Assembly: GCA_963746915.1 (NCBI GenBank)
Contig: CAVVDD010000011.1
Span: 34,834-98,833 of the forward strand
Origin: an uncultured Bacteroidota bacterium
GTDB lineage: Bacteria > Bacteroidota > Bacteroidia > Chitinophagales > Chitinophagaceae
Length of the DNA: 64,000 nucleotides
Direction: 5' to 3'
Part shown: positions 9,523 to 20,982 of the stretch, one piece after another
Layout: each line of letters opens with the position of its first letter
How positions within the stretch are numbered: the first letter of the stretch is position 1
Position numbers and translations under genes: made by a program
Notes under the pieces: model-generated
Seen by the model: only the letters and a program-made list of their open reading frames with translations
Told to the model about the DNA's origin: nothing
Database searches by the model: none

Positions 9523-10834
9523 GTGAAAAAATTATTACTTCTCTTAGCTTTTTTTCCACTTTTAATACAAGCCCAAAATGTAAAAGCCAAACTTGGCACA
9601 GGCGGCAGCCTTTATAATATTAAACAGTGGCACACCACCAAACGAATTTGTTAAGCTTCTAATTAAAGAAACTGGAGAAGTAAACTGGTACTTAGACGGA
9701 CAAGACCTTTTTATTCGGGATGGTTCTTTTGTCGCTTTCGGGCCCGATTCTCCTCTTTATAAATATGACTTCATGCATATTGATGGTGTCAAACGGCCGT
9801 ATTGGGTTTAACGTTTTAAATGGTTATTCAGATGGAAGCCCGGGTGGTGAAAACAGATTTGCCGTTAACCAGTTCGGTATCACTTTATTGGTAGCCTTGC
9901 CTATCGTGTTCGTACAGTTAATTTTTCAAGTGCAAGCACCACGTACAACATTAAGCAAGACGACAACATCCTTATGTTAAATAAAGCTGACAATACAAGA
10001 TGCGAAATATATTTGAGTCCGGTTGCAAATAGTAAGGGGCGGGTTTACACTTTAAAAAGAGACGCAACAAGTGCAGGAGACATATGGTTGCATCCGCCAA
10101 GTGGCGAAAAATTAAATGGTACAGTAGACAAGGAAATTAAGTTAGACAAAGACAACTCTTCTCTTCAACTGGTTTGCGATGGCACTGGCTGGTGGATATT
10201 GTCTGAGGTCTCGACAAGTGCACCCAGCGCTTACACCATTACAACAAACACAAATACTTCGTTAACTTCAGATAATTTTATTAATGTGAACTTCACATCC
10301 TTAAACCAAATCATAGACCTTACTTTACCCGCAGCGGCAGAATATGAAGGCCAGCGATACGAAATAAAGCGCAATGCGGATGGCACTATATTCCCAGGGA
10401 ATGTTTTAAGAATCGTTCCGGCGAGTGGTGAAAATCTTGATCAAAGCACTTCTGCTTCGCCTTATTTATTGGAGAAAGATTTTGAATCTGTAACTCTTCA
10501 AAGCAATGGCACGAGGTGGGTTATTCTGAATAAATACAAGCCTGAGAATGCAATTCGTGAAGTGAGCGCCACTTCTACTATTGGTTCGTCAGATCAAACC
10601 CTCCTTATTCCAAACACATCAACTATTAGTTTGACTTTACCCGATATTACGACCGTCCCGGTTGGAAAAACTATTACCGTTAAGCGAAAAGCAGGTGGTG
10701 CCGGGGTAGTTACTTTATTAAAATCCGGAGCGGCAGTTGAGGGAGCCGTGTCATTAACAATAGATGGCACTACGTTATCTACTGTAACTGTTCAGTCTGA
10801 TGGTGTGGAATGGTGGGTTATCTATAAATTTTAA
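9523..10834 (+). pseudogene. secreted protein with three ~100-aa internal repeats, interrupted by about 3 frameshifts
   Basis: GTG start with signal peptide VKKLLLLLAFFPLLIQAQN. The reading continues through track ORFs 9593..9811, 9720..9980 and 9974..10834, with frame changes near 9600, 9805 and 9870-9885. The repeat modules end in LQLVCDGTGWWIL / VTLQSNGTRWVIL / VTVQSDGVEWWVI. Confidence 0.5.
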
Positions 10835-10967
10835 AAGATGAAGAGACTTATTCTCTTAATGGCCGTCACCAACACTTTTATTTTTCCAGAAGGAATTGCC
10901 GCAATTCAACAATTTGAAAAAGCTACATGAACCTTTTTGAAATTCGATCCTTAATAAAATTACAGGT

Positions 10968-11942
10968 ATGAAAAATCTACCCATGCTTTGTTTGGCCGCT
11001 TTGTTTTTTTGCAACGCACATGCACAACTAACCGTTGACGCCGGTGCCAGTTTAACTATTCAAAACGGAACCCAGGTTCATGCGGATGGTTTAACGCTTA
11101 TCCCATCGGCTGAATTTATCCTTAGCGATGTTGTCCTGAGCAGATCGGCTACCATTGTTCACACCCAGCTTAATCCCTATATATCCCGGGTGTACCAATT
11201 CAGCAATACCAGCAACGCTTTTTCAGGATCGATACAAATAAACTATCTCGATGGGGAACTGAACGGTATTGCCGAGGCAGACCTTACCCTTAATGTTCAC
11301 AACGGCACCAACTGGGCACAATTCCCTGCCAGCACCCGTGATGCCAGCAATAATTTTGTTCTCACCAATGGCCTTAGCGGCATTACCTTAAATGAACTTA
11401 CACTTGCCAGCCAGTTTGCCCCGCTTCCGCTTACCTGGTTGTCGTTTACAGCTAAAGCACAAAACAATAGCGAGTCGCTGCTGCAATGGACCACAGCACA
11501 GGAGCAGAACACAAAAGATTTTTACATACAGCACAGTGCAGACGGGATAAACTGGGTTACCATCGGCAGCCTTCCGGCAGCGGGTAACAGCAATGCTACC
11601 AACCATTATAATTTTGTACATACCAACCCGGTAAAAGGTCTTAATTATTACCGTATCAAACAAACAGATGTCGACAGCCGCTACAGCTACAGCGCAGTAA
11701 GAATGCTATCATTCACAAGGGCACTGCAGCCATTTATCATAGTGGGAAACCCCGTTACCAATAATGTACTGACCTTGAATGTAAATGAAAACACCAGCGT
11801 TGCATTATACACTGCCGATGGCAAATTGCTTTTGCAGCAACAGTTAAATACCGGTACAAATACCATTGATGTTAGCCGTTATCCAAAAGGAATTTATTTA
11901 TTAAAAGCAAACAACACGGCACAAAAAGTAGTGATACAATAA
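10968..11942 (+). CDS. secreted T9SS C-terminal sorting domain protein
   Basis: Signal peptide MKNLPMLCLAALFFCNAHAQ. C-terminus VALYTADGKLLLQQQLNTGTNTIDVSRYPKGIYLLKANNTAQKVVIQ is a T9SS CTD. Confidence 0.7.
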   Translation: MKNLPMLCLAALFFCNAHAQLTVDAGASLTIQNGTQVHADGLTLIPSAEFILSDVVLSRSATIVHTQLNPYISRVYQFSNTSNAFSGSIQINYLDGELNGIAEADLTLNVHNGTNWAQFPASTRDASNNFVLTNGLSGITLNELTLASQFAPLPLTWLSFTAKAQNNSESLLQWTTAQEQNTKDFYIQHSADGINWVTIGSLPAAGNSNATNHYNFVHTNPVKGLNYYRIKQTDVDSRYSYSAVRMLSFTRALQPFIIVGNPVTNNVLTLNVNENTSVALYTADGKLLLQQQLNTGTNTIDVSRYPKGIYLLKANNTAQKVVIQ

Positions 11943-12067
11943 AACAATCTTTAAAACAAACAGTAAGCATTCTTTTAAAACTTTTACGTCACTGTTGGAG
12001 TTTAAAATTCAGAATTAGGATCAACTATCCTCCTTTTTTTGCAATAGATCAGTATTTCATCCCGGAA

Positions 12068-13923
12068 TTAATTCTTTTCTTTTTTCTTCTGTTCCTTCTT
12101 TTCTTTTTTTAGTTCCTTTTTCTTCTCACGATAGTTTTGTTTGTTTTCTTTCGACATGATCATTGTTTCTTTTAACCCGTTTAAAACTGATTTAATAATT
12201 AGATTGATGAATGCTTTATTCATATCCCGCTCGGCACTGAATTTTACAATGCGTTGTGGTTTATCTGCGGAAGCCGGATTTGCTGCGGGTACAACAGTGT
12301 TTGCCCCGAATTCAAGAAGAGAACTTTTCCATTTGGCTTTACCCTCCAGGTCGATATCAACGTCCAGATCATGGTATAAAAATTTCATAGTGCCGCCTGC
12401 ACTTGCCCGGTATGCAATTCCTGAAAAAGTTATTTCATCAACTATTCCTTTACGAACACTTGCCGGTGTATAAGCTTCGATCAATTGATTCAGATCGGGT
12501 AAATTAAATTTCTCAATTCTTCCATCAAAACTGAATTGAGGATTCAGATAATCAAAACCTAAACTTAAATTCAAATGGGCTTTATTCTCGATATATGCAT
12601 TTGCTTTTATCAGCAGCACTTCATTGGATGAAAGATTGGTAATGTTTTTTACTTCTACTGTAGCCCGGTGCAGGTTAGCCGTTGCCATACTGCCATCAGG
12701 ATTACGTTCTTTATTAACCAGTGTAACATTCGTTGCTTTTACTTGCTTTATCAGCAGCGGTGGCTTTATTGCTTTTACAGTCTGCCCGAGGTATTGCGGA
12801 AATTTTTTTGTGTCAACAGGTTTTGTCATGTCTTTATAAATAGAAGCTGATACTTTATCGAGAATGATCTCATCAATAAATATTTTTCCTTTGCGTATCA
12901 GTGAATCGAAATTAACACCGGTCATATTTAAGCTGCCAACAGAACCGGAGAAATCTGTATGTTGAAATTTATGATCTGCCTGTAACCTGTGCCTGGCTGA
13001 CATTTGGTTTAAAAACAATTTCATTCATCTTTATTGATCTGTCTTTATAAGAAAGATCGAATGATTGCATTGTAATATTAAAGAGACTATCGGCAGTTTG
13101 AATATCCAACTCTTTTAGACCTGTACTAAAATCAGCGAAATGATAAATTGAAGTATCAGGAGTTTGCTCTCCATTGAGCGGAATCAATGTTTATGTTGAG
13201 ATCCTTAAGGGTTAAATATTTTAAGGCCCTCTTTTGTAATTTACCTGTAAATTCTCCAACGGAGATGTGAACATTTTTATAGGATATCAGATCTTTGCCC
13301 GGTTCCTGGTCAATCAACAGATCCCTGATCGAAAAATTCAATTTCTGAATATTGAATTCCCGATCCCTTGCCTGATTGTTAGAATGAAAAGAAGCATCAA
13401 CCAAATCAAATTCTTTAAGAACAAATGATTCGATATATCGCTTATTGGTTTTTTTTGACTTGCCTGTGGTATCTTTTAAAGGAAAGAATACAGGTAGTTT
13501 ATCTTCGATATTGAATTCAACCTCAGGTTCTATTATTTCAATTTTATCAAGCTTAAGAATGTTCGATTTTATTAAAGTTGAAAGCTGAACATTTTTAAGG
13601 ATCATTTTATGTGTCTTGAGCCGTAATGAACTATTGATATAAGGATAGTTGTTCAAAGATTTTTCCAACTGGTTCAACTCTACATTATATACGCTGACGT
13701 TACCCGCAAAAAAATTGACACTTAATTTTTCAAATTTTAATTCATAAACATCCGAGATAATATTTGAATTAAAACTTTTGGTCAGCGCATTTGTAAGAAT
13801 CCGGTTTAAATTATAGTATAAAAAAACCAACCCAGCAATTAGAAGGAGAAAAAAGACAGCTGTTATCCTGAGTATGATCCTTTTTACCCGGCCCTTTCTT
13901 TTTATTGGTTTAGTATCTTTCAT
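12068..13923 (-). pseudogene. AsmA-like / DUF748-like membrane-anchored protein, split by two frameshifts
   Basis: Three consecutive overlapping minus ORFs (13156..13923, 12969..13187, 12068..13024). N-terminal TM anchor RIILRITAVFFLLLIAGLVFLYY, then a long beta-rich region, then a Lys-rich tail. The family call is tentative. Confidence 0.5.
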
Positions 13924-13986
13924 TATAACTGCCGTTATATATATAAGATTAATCTTAGGAAGGATACTGATAATACAGTTGCATTC

Positions 13987-15441
13987 TCACTCGATCTTCG
14001 GTAACCGGATATTAGCTGCTCCTTGTTTTAATTGTAACGCCTCCACTTTTCCTGCAGCATTCCTGATAACAGTAAAAAAAGCATTTGGCACTTCACGAAC
14101 AGAGAAATTGTTATTGTCAGAAAAAAACATTTGAAAACCGACCGCAGGTTGAAAATTCTGTTGCAGACAAAGAGCATCACCGCAGAAAGAAACGGTCAGT
14201 GTATCTTTTTCTAAAAGGAAATTGCCTACCAATTTTTGCAATGTATCTTTTGGAAGAGTTACTGTCTTTTTAAAAGTTGGGTTATAAAATCCTTTCCAGT
14301 CATAAACAATGGCTACGCTGTTAAGCAACTCAGTGATCACTGCAAAATTTTCACCATTGATCATGATCACAACACCATTTCCTCCCTGCATGCTTCCATA
14401 AGAGTTACAAAGAAATGCTTCGTTGCCTCCGTTATGATTAAAATACAATTGCCCTTCCTTGTTTTCAATAAATACACCAAGCGCTGCATTGCTGTCTATG
14501 TATGGCGTTAATCTTTTTTTCATCATTGCCTGAGATAAAACTTTCTTTGATCTTCCTTCCAATGCCAACTGGCATTCGATAATATATTTTGCAAGATCAG
14601 TAGGAGTGGTCCATAAGCCGGCAGCTGCCTGCTCAGGATAGACATGATATTTACCTGTTACCGGTTTACCATTTCCATAATAGCCGGTTGCAAGATTGGA
14701 TGTAGCAATTGGTGGTTGTTGATAACTGCTGTTTGTCATGCCCAATGGTTGCAATACATTTTTCTCCATCCAGTCTGCATAGTTGCTGTTGGTGATATTG
14801 GTTAATATCAGTTGACTGATCGTTGTACCTCCGCCTGAATATTTAAATTTTGTACCAGGTTCAAATAGTGAACGAACAGCTTTGGTATTTGCAGGTCGCT
14901 TGCCATCCAGTATTTGTTGCAGTGTTGGTAATGTATCCGTTTTTTCATAGCCGGGAAAGCCGTGAATGTCCAACCCAGCTGTATGACTTAACAGGTTATA
15001 GATAGATATTTTTTTATTTTTTGATAAACTATCATAAGGGAATTTCCAGCTCGTGAGATAATTATTGATGTCTGCTTCAGGGTCCAGCTTTCCCATCTCC
15101 ACTAATTTTAAAATGCCCATGCTGTTAATGCTTTTACTGATAGAAGCTGCCTGGAAACGGGTATCGGTTGTAACTTTTCTATTTTCTTCTATGTCAGCCC
15201 AACCATATCCTTTTGCCCATTCAATTTTATAATCACGGATCACGGCAATGCTGAGTCCAGGTATCGCCAGTTCTTTCATTCGTTTTTCAATATTCAATTT
15301 TGGAATGGTATCGCCAAAAACTACTGAAGGGGCTAATGAATTTTCAACTGCAGATATTTTCTTTTGGATCGCCGGATCAATAGTTTGACTGGAAACTGTG
15401 ATCGGTAATAAAAACAGGATGAGGAGTCGTTTCATTTTCAA
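13987..15441 (-). CDS. serine hydrolase, beta-lactamase (class C / PBP4*-like) family, secreted
   Basis: Signal peptide. SxxK motif in FQAASISKSINSMGILKL. Length and overall pattern match the beta-lactamase fold family. Confidence 0.8.
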   Translation of the reverse strand: MKMKRLLILFLLPITVSSQTIDPAIQKKISAVENSLAPSVVFGDTIPKLNIEKRMKELAIPGLSIAVIRDYKIEWAKGYGWADIEENRKVTTDTRFQAASISKSINSMGILKLVEMGKLDPEADINNYLTSWKFPYDSLSKNKKISIYNLLSHTAGLDIHGFPGYEKTDTLPTLQQILDGKRPANTKAVRSLFEPGTKFKYSGGGTTISQLILTNITNSNYADWMEKNVLQPLGMTNSSYQQPPIATSNLATGYYGNGKPVTGKYHVYPEQAAAGLWTTPTDLAKYIIECQLALEGRSKKVLSQAMMKKRLTPYIDSNAALGVFIENKEGQLYFNHNGGNEAFLCNSYGSMQGGNGVVIMINGENFAVITELLNSVAIVYDWKGFYNPTFKKTVTLPKDTLQKLVGNFLLEKDTLTVSFCGDALCLQQNFQPAVGFQMFFSDNNNFSVREVPNAFFTVIRNAAGKVEALQLKQGAANIRLPKIE

Positions 15442-15596
15442 TGGTAATGTTTTGAGTGGCTAAATTAGTTGTTTTAGACTTGTTAAGAGTGAACTCAACC
15501 ACAGCCAAATTTTATTTTACCATTAAATAGAACCGGCTATCATATTTTGAAACAACTGGCTTTTATTTGGTATAACTTAATTCAAAACTTAAAGCC

Positions 15597-17294
15597 ATGA
15601 AAAATATCTTTCTTCTTTGTTTGTGCTTTGTATTCCTGTTCTCATGTGTTGGACAGGATGGACACCCCACAACAACCAAAAATGTTTCATCCCCAGTTCA
15701 ACTTACTGCAGCCGACTGGCAATCTGATCTTCGATTTCTTCAGCAGACAGTTCATAAGGATTATTCATTCCTTTTTAAAAAAGTAAAGGCTGAAGAGTTT
15801 GATGCTGCAGTTGATAAATTATATAATGCAATTCCTTCAATGAAGGATCATGAAGGACTGGCTGGTTTGGCCACTATTGTTTCTTTATTCAAGTACGGGC
15901 ATACCAATATCGGCTGGCGTGAATCGCCAGTTAAATATCATGTGGCCCTGTCAATTTTTATTGGTTCAGCGATGGCATTTATGCCGAAGGCGCCGATAAA
16001 AAATATGAGATGATAGTTGGAGCAAAACTTTTGAAAGTAGAAGGTGTTCCTGTTGAAAAGGCATTGGACGCAGTAAAACCATTGGTACCTGCTGAGAATG
16101 ATCAGTATTTTAAAGCATATGGACTTGATTTTTTAGCCATACCCGAAGCATTGCATGCGCAAAGAGTTTCTAAAGAACTGAAAACAACACTGACTTACAC
16201 TTTTGAGAAAGATGGAAAATCCTTTGATCAAACAATCACGGCGGTCGAAGCATTTCGTTTGCCAAGACAATATGGATTTGCAAAAGCAGGTGAGGATTGG
16301 ACAAGTGCAAGAGACCAATGCAGCTACACCAAACTATTTAAAGAACCTTGATAATATCTATTATTATGAATACCTGCCTGCAATCAAAAACAGTTTATGT
16401 CCGGCAGAGCCAGGTACAGGATGATCCAAGCAGAGGCGATCCCTGCTTTTTATAAAAAGGTTTTTGATTTTATTGAAAAGAATGATGTAGAACGCCTGGT
16501 ACTTGATGTTCGCTTAAATGGTGGAGGGAATAATTATAAGAATAAACCGGTTGTTACAGGTATAATAGAAAGTAAGAAGATCAATCAGCCGGGAAAATTT
16601 TTTGTGATCATCGGCCGGCGTACTTTTTCTGCCTGTCAGAACCTGGTGAATGAATTCAGTAATTATACCAATGCAGTGTTTGTCGGTGAGCCCACTGCAG
16701 AGAATATTAATTTTTATGGTGACACCCGGAGAGTGGAATTACCAAAAAGTAAATTACCTGTTTTTCTTTCTTTTGCCTGGTGGCAGGATAAGCCGCAATG
16801 GGAAAATGCTGATTGGCTTGCGCCCCAGGTGGCCGTTGAAATGAGTTTTGCTGATTATAAAAATAATAGAGATCCGATACTTGATGCCTGCTTGAATTTT
16901 TCGGATAAGGATCTTGTGCTCGATCCAATGCACCATTTAAGAGAACCTGTTTTCGGCGGGCAAACTTGACCAGGTAGAATCAGAAGCAAAAAAAATGGTT
17001 GCTGATCCAAAATACCGGTACGTAAATTTTGAACAGAAGATCAACCAGGCGGGATACGATTTGTTGAATTCAAAACAGCTTGACCAGGCATTGTATGTTT
17101 TTCAATTGAATACAAAACTGTATCCTAAATCAGCCAATGCATGGGACAGTTTTGCAGAAGCAAACTGGAAAGCGAATAAAATTGAAAAAGCAATTGAATA
17201 CTATAATAAAGCAATTGAGTTGGATCCAAATGGTGTTACAGGTGATAATTCAAGACAAATGCTTGAGCAGATCAAAAAAGTCAAACCATTTTAA
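15597..17294 (+). pseudogene. lipoprotein with peptidase S41-like domain and C-terminal TPR region, about 3-4 frameshifts
   Basis: Lipoprotein signal LFSCVGQ. Track fragments 15597..16013, 16010..16351, 16397..16969 and 16995..17294 read continuously (LVLDVRLNGGGNNY...FFVIIGRRTFSACQNLV...VFVGEPTAENINFYGD). The tail is TPR-like: YPKSANAWDSFAEANWKANKIEKAIEYYNKAIELDPN. Confidence 0.55.
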
Positions 17295-17448
17295 TACAGT
17301 AGTTAAACATCCGGTTAATTGAAAGGGTTGCTTGCAGGCAACTCTTTTAATTAATGACTTGTTCAGTTTTTTTGGTTAGGATGAGGTCTGTTATTTTTAT
17401 CTTAGTTTTAGTTTATAAAAATTATTTATCATTATAAATCATTAAACC

Positions 17449-17886
17449 ATGGCAACAGTAAACATCTATCTTACATTTAATGGTAACTGTGAAGAAGCTT
17501 TTAAATTTTACAAGTCAGTATTCGGAGGAGAATTCCCTTATATCGGCCGTTTTAAAGATATGCCTGCGGGAGAAAATCCCAGGCTTAATCCGGGAGAAGA
17601 GAATAGGATAATGCATGTGTCATTACCTATCAGTAAAGAAACGATATTAATGGGTAGCGATACAGGCGGTGACTGGGCATCGGGTTATTCGCAGGGAAAT
17701 AATTTTTCAATATCGATCACTGCTGATAGCAAAGAAGAAGCTGACAAATTATTCAAAGGACTTTCAGCTGGTGGCACCGTTTCAATGCCTTTGACTAAAA
17801 CTTTCTGGGCTGATCTTTTTGGAACATTAACCGATAAATTTGGTATCAACTGGATGGTAAGTTTTAGCGAAGCAAAGCCTGGTTAA
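17449..17886 (+). CDS. VOC (glyoxalase/PhnB-like) family protein
   Basis: NIYLTFNGNCEEAFKFYKSVFGGEF...IMHVSL...TFWADLFGTLTDKFGINWMVSF is typical of PhnB-like VOC proteins. Confidence 0.8.
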   Translation: MATVNIYLTFNGNCEEAFKFYKSVFGGEFPYIGRFKDMPAGENPRLNPGEENRIMHVSLPISKETILMGSDTGGDWASGYSQGNNFSISITADSKEEADKLFKGLSAGGTVSMPLTKTFWADLFGTLTDKFGINWMVSFSEAKPG

Positions 17887-18110
17887 GAGTTTTCGCTCTT
17901 TTTTATCGCATTCACAATTGCTTCCTGTCTATGCATTGGTTCACGGCTATCATCAAATTCGTGTCCGCCGCTGTTAAGGGCTGTGAAAGCAAAACCTGTA
18001 ATGGGTTCACTATGTATTTTTCCAAAATAATAGATCCCTCTTTTCGAAGATAATTTTGTGTAATCTAACTGGTACTCTGTACCAGAGATCTCGCATGTTG
18101 TTGTTGGCAT
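17883..18110 (-). CDS. small hypothetical protein (75 aa)
   Basis: ORF only. Its stop codon overlaps the convergent stop of the VOC gene. No motif recognised. Confidence 0.35.
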   Translation of the reverse strand: MPTTTCEISGTEYQLDYTKLSSKRGIYYFGKIHSEPITGFAFTALNSGGHEFDDSREPMHRQEAIVNAIKKSENS

Positions 18111-18215
18111 ATACTTTTTATTTAGAAATCAAGAGCAGCTAAATTAGGCAGAATTTCGGTACGCTGCCGGTCATGTTATTACTTTTAAATTTAATTATAG
18201 GATCGCAGTTGATCG

Positions 18216-19460
18216 CTATTCTTTGGTGCCGGGTTTTATAACAAGTATCCCGAAATAAGCAAACAATGCGCTGATAACAAATACGGCGATCTCATTGAAA
18301 GCAGCACTGAAACTAAGCCCCAGGAGATTTATCCCAAGAACATAATATGCAGCAGCACCGATGAAACCTGTAACGATACCAACTAAAATAACTTTGGATG
18401 TTATTTTCTTTCTTGTCGGTTGTGAATTTTGTTTAATAAAACTACCGGCCAATCCACCTAAGATAGTAGCTAGTAAGAATGGCCAGGGAAACGTGTATGT
18501 AAAATATAATGGATTTGATTTAATGGAATTAGCCGTAGCTGTAAGCAAGCTTTTTCCCGTTCCTTCAGAACGCAGATAAACTGTTGCCGTCTCATTATAT
18601 TTCATCTTTAATGGATTGGGGCTTACAGTTCCTTTTTGGGAACTGAAAGCTATACTCACACTGTCAGAAGATTTTGAACCTCCAAAACTTATTGTTATAG
18701 GTATTTGTTGTATTCCCAACCCTTGAAGTTTGCTGCGATTGGAAGATAGTTCCAATGATGGTTTCACTTTAAGATAAGTGATATAGCCAGAAGGATTGGA
18801 TACTGTAATAACTTTTATACTTGCCGAATCGTTTACATTGTCGGCAATTAATTCAACATTGGAAGAGGGAATGCTTAAGTGGCTTATCTCGAAAGATCCG
18901 GGCTTTATAGAGGTAACTTCATCTGAATTTACTTCGATCTTTACCGGGTCGATATGGGCATTATTATCTCCTGATTCACGCATCAGAAGAAATGCAAGCT
19001 TAGCACTGAATTTTTTCAATGAGTCATTGTAGCGTAATGGCTGAAGCGATGTAAAAATAATCCTGTATGCAATTGCCTCCGCTTGTCCGTTGTTGGGTTC
19101 TACGTGCAGCTCAGGGATCACCTTTATTTCTTCATTCTGGGCATTTGTATTTCCAGCTTCTTTGAATTTTTGCATAGAGGCTCCATCTAACACCGCTATT
19201 TTATTTTCATATTTTATAACATTTTTTTTATTTGCCGGTAGCTGAATATCATTTACTACTGAAGTATCTGTATTTCGTATTCTTTCTCCTTCCAGTGTTT
19301 GTATTTTAACTGTAGAGCCCGACCTGATATAGTTTTTGTAAACAGCAGACTTTAGCCGGGTTGTCTGTGCATTTGTTGCAAGACAATTAAAAACAAAAAG
19401 GGCAATGATTAATGATCCGGCTTTTATGATCTTTTGAAAAATAAAGACTTGAGGTTTCAT
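18216..19460 (-). CDS. hypothetical secreted/membrane protein (N-terminal signal, beta-rich ectodomain, 3 C-terminal TM helices)
   Basis: 414-aa ORF. Signal-like N-terminus, C-terminal hydrophobic helices (FLLATILGGLAGSF, VILVGIVTGFIGAAAYYVLGI, IAVFVISALFAYFGILVI). Divergent from the ECF sigma gene. Confidence 0.55.
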   Translation of the reverse strand: MKPQVFIFQKIIKAGSLIIALFVFNCLATNAQTTRLKSAVYKNYIRSGSTVKIQTLEGERIRNTDTSVVNDIQLPANKKNVIKYENKIAVLDGASMQKFKEAGNTNAQNEEIKVIPELHVEPNNGQAEAIAYRIIFTSLQPLRYNDSLKKFSAKLAFLLMRESGDNNAHIDPVKIEVNSDEVTSIKPGSFEISHLSIPSSNVELIADNVNDSASIKVITVSNPSGYITYLKVKPSLELSSNRSKLQGLGIQQIPITISFGGSKSSDSVSIAFSSQKGTVSPNPLKMKYNETATVYLRSEGTGKSLLTATANSIKSNPLYFTYTFPWPFLLATILGGLAGSFIKQNSQPTRKKITSKVILVGIVTGFIGAAAYYVLGINLLGLSFSAAFNEIAVFVISALFAYFGILVIKPGTKE

Positions 19461-19711
19461 GGTTAAGCAGTTTATTATGAAAGGCTACAAAAAAGAATCA
19501 AAACAAAGGGAAAACGGAACTCAGGATCACTTGGTAATTGATAGTGAAATCTAAGCTACGATTTTTTTAATCAGCTAAATACTGAAATTTTATCCCTGGC
19601 TCTTCAGCCTTTTACAATATCAATTTCATTTCTTTAGAAATTTCGATTATTTATTCTTTCCTGTAAGAATTCGTTACCTTATTAGTACTAATAGTATAAA
19701 CATTCGGAAAC

Positions 19712-20221
19712 GTGACTGAAAAAGAACAGAAACAAATTTTTGAAGAATGGCTTGGCCAGCATAAAGCCCTCATCTTTAAAATAGTTCGTGCTTATTCATT
19801 TACTGATATGGACCAGGATGATCTTTTCCAGGAGATCATTATCCAGATATGGCATTCCATTCCGGCTTTTCGAAGAGAGTCTTCTGTTACTACATGGTTG
19901 TATCGTATATCACTTAACACTGCTATTAAGTGGACAAAAAAAGAGCGAAAACATTATCAGTCTGAAACGATCGATGGAGTGCAACACATTTTGCAAGAAA
20001 GCAGATTGCAAACTGATGAACGACTGAGCTGGCTCTATGAAGAGATCAGCAAACTTGATGAAATCGATCGCTCCATTACTTTATTGATGCTGGATGGGTT
20101 TAGTTACAAAGAAATGGCTTCTATACTCGGCATCACCGAATCAAATGTAGGAGTGAAGATAAACAGGATAAAAAAACAACTTATCTCTAAATCAAAAAAA
20201 TATGATCATTATGGAATTTGA
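19712..20221 (+). CDS. ECF-type RNA polymerase sigma-70 factor
   Basis: Region 2 is DQDDLFQEIIIQIWHSIPAFRRESSVTTWLYRISLNTAIKWTKKERK. Region 4 is LMLDGFSYKEMASILGITESNVGVKINRIKKQL. GTG start. Confidence 0.85.
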   Translation: MTEKEQKQIFEEWLGQHKALIFKIVRAYSFTDMDQDDLFQEIIIQIWHSIPAFRRESSVTTWLYRISLNTAIKWTKKERKHYQSETIDGVQHILQESRLQTDERLSWLYEEISKLDEIDRSITLLMLDGFSYKEMASILGITESNVGVKINRIKKQLISKSKKYDHYGI

Positions 20222-20783
20222 AGAATTAAAAAAGATCTGGGATGCACAAAACGATCAACCTCTTTATGCAATAAATGAAAAAGCTATGTATGATCTTATC
20301 TTATCGAAAAAGAAACAAGCTCATCATATTACTAATATCAGTGAGCTACTATTGATCTTCGTGAATTTTGGTTCCGGGATCCTGATCCTCGCAATGAATC
20401 TTTTCAAACAAAGCGGAAACATATCCCTGTATGTTTTAACCGCCTGGATGCTTGCCAGTGCTTTGTATATTTTGGTGCGTCGCATCCAAAGAATAAAAGG
20501 CGGGCAGCAGTTTGACCGGTCTATAAATGGTGATCTTAGTCATGCCATTTCAGTGGCATCATACCAGGTCGGTATTTCTCAAATAATGCGATGGAATATT
20601 TTGCCGATTACGGCACTTACTCTTCTTGGACTTTGGGAAGGTGGAAAGCCAATTTGGATAGCTTTAATTGTACTGTTATTTTTTGCTTTGACATATTATG
20701 CTGGAGGATGGGAGCATAACATTTATAAAAAGAAAAAACGTGATTTAGAAATATTGCAAAAGAAGTTGGGTAATGAAGGATAA
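20202..20783 (+). CDS. membrane protein overlapping the ECF sigma gene (putative cognate anti-sigma/partner)
   Basis: Overlaps the sigma gene by 20 nt. About 4 TM helices. No anti-sigma zinc motif seen, so the role is inferred from position only. Confidence 0.5.
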   Translation: MIIMEFEELKKIWDAQNDQPLYAINEKAMYDLILSKKKQAHHITNISELLLIFVNFGSGILILAMNLFKQSGNISLYVLTAWMLASALYILVRRIQRIKGGQQFDRSINGDLSHAISVASYQVGISQIMRWNILPITALTLLGLWEGGKPIWIALIVLLFFALTYYAGGWEHNIYKKKKRDLEILQKKLGNEG

Positions 20784-20982
20784 TGAAGAGCCAACCATTT
20801 TCTATAAAGGCCTCTGTTTTAATGTCAAAGTACCCATCTATATAGGGTTTTTCCTATGAGCCAACATCTAATTCCAAAAAGGGAGGGAGGAAAAAAAATA
20901 TTGACTATTGAATAATTGGCATAAATTTATTCTATCGAATTTCATTAGTTAACTGCGCATTCTTAACCTAACTAACTTTATT

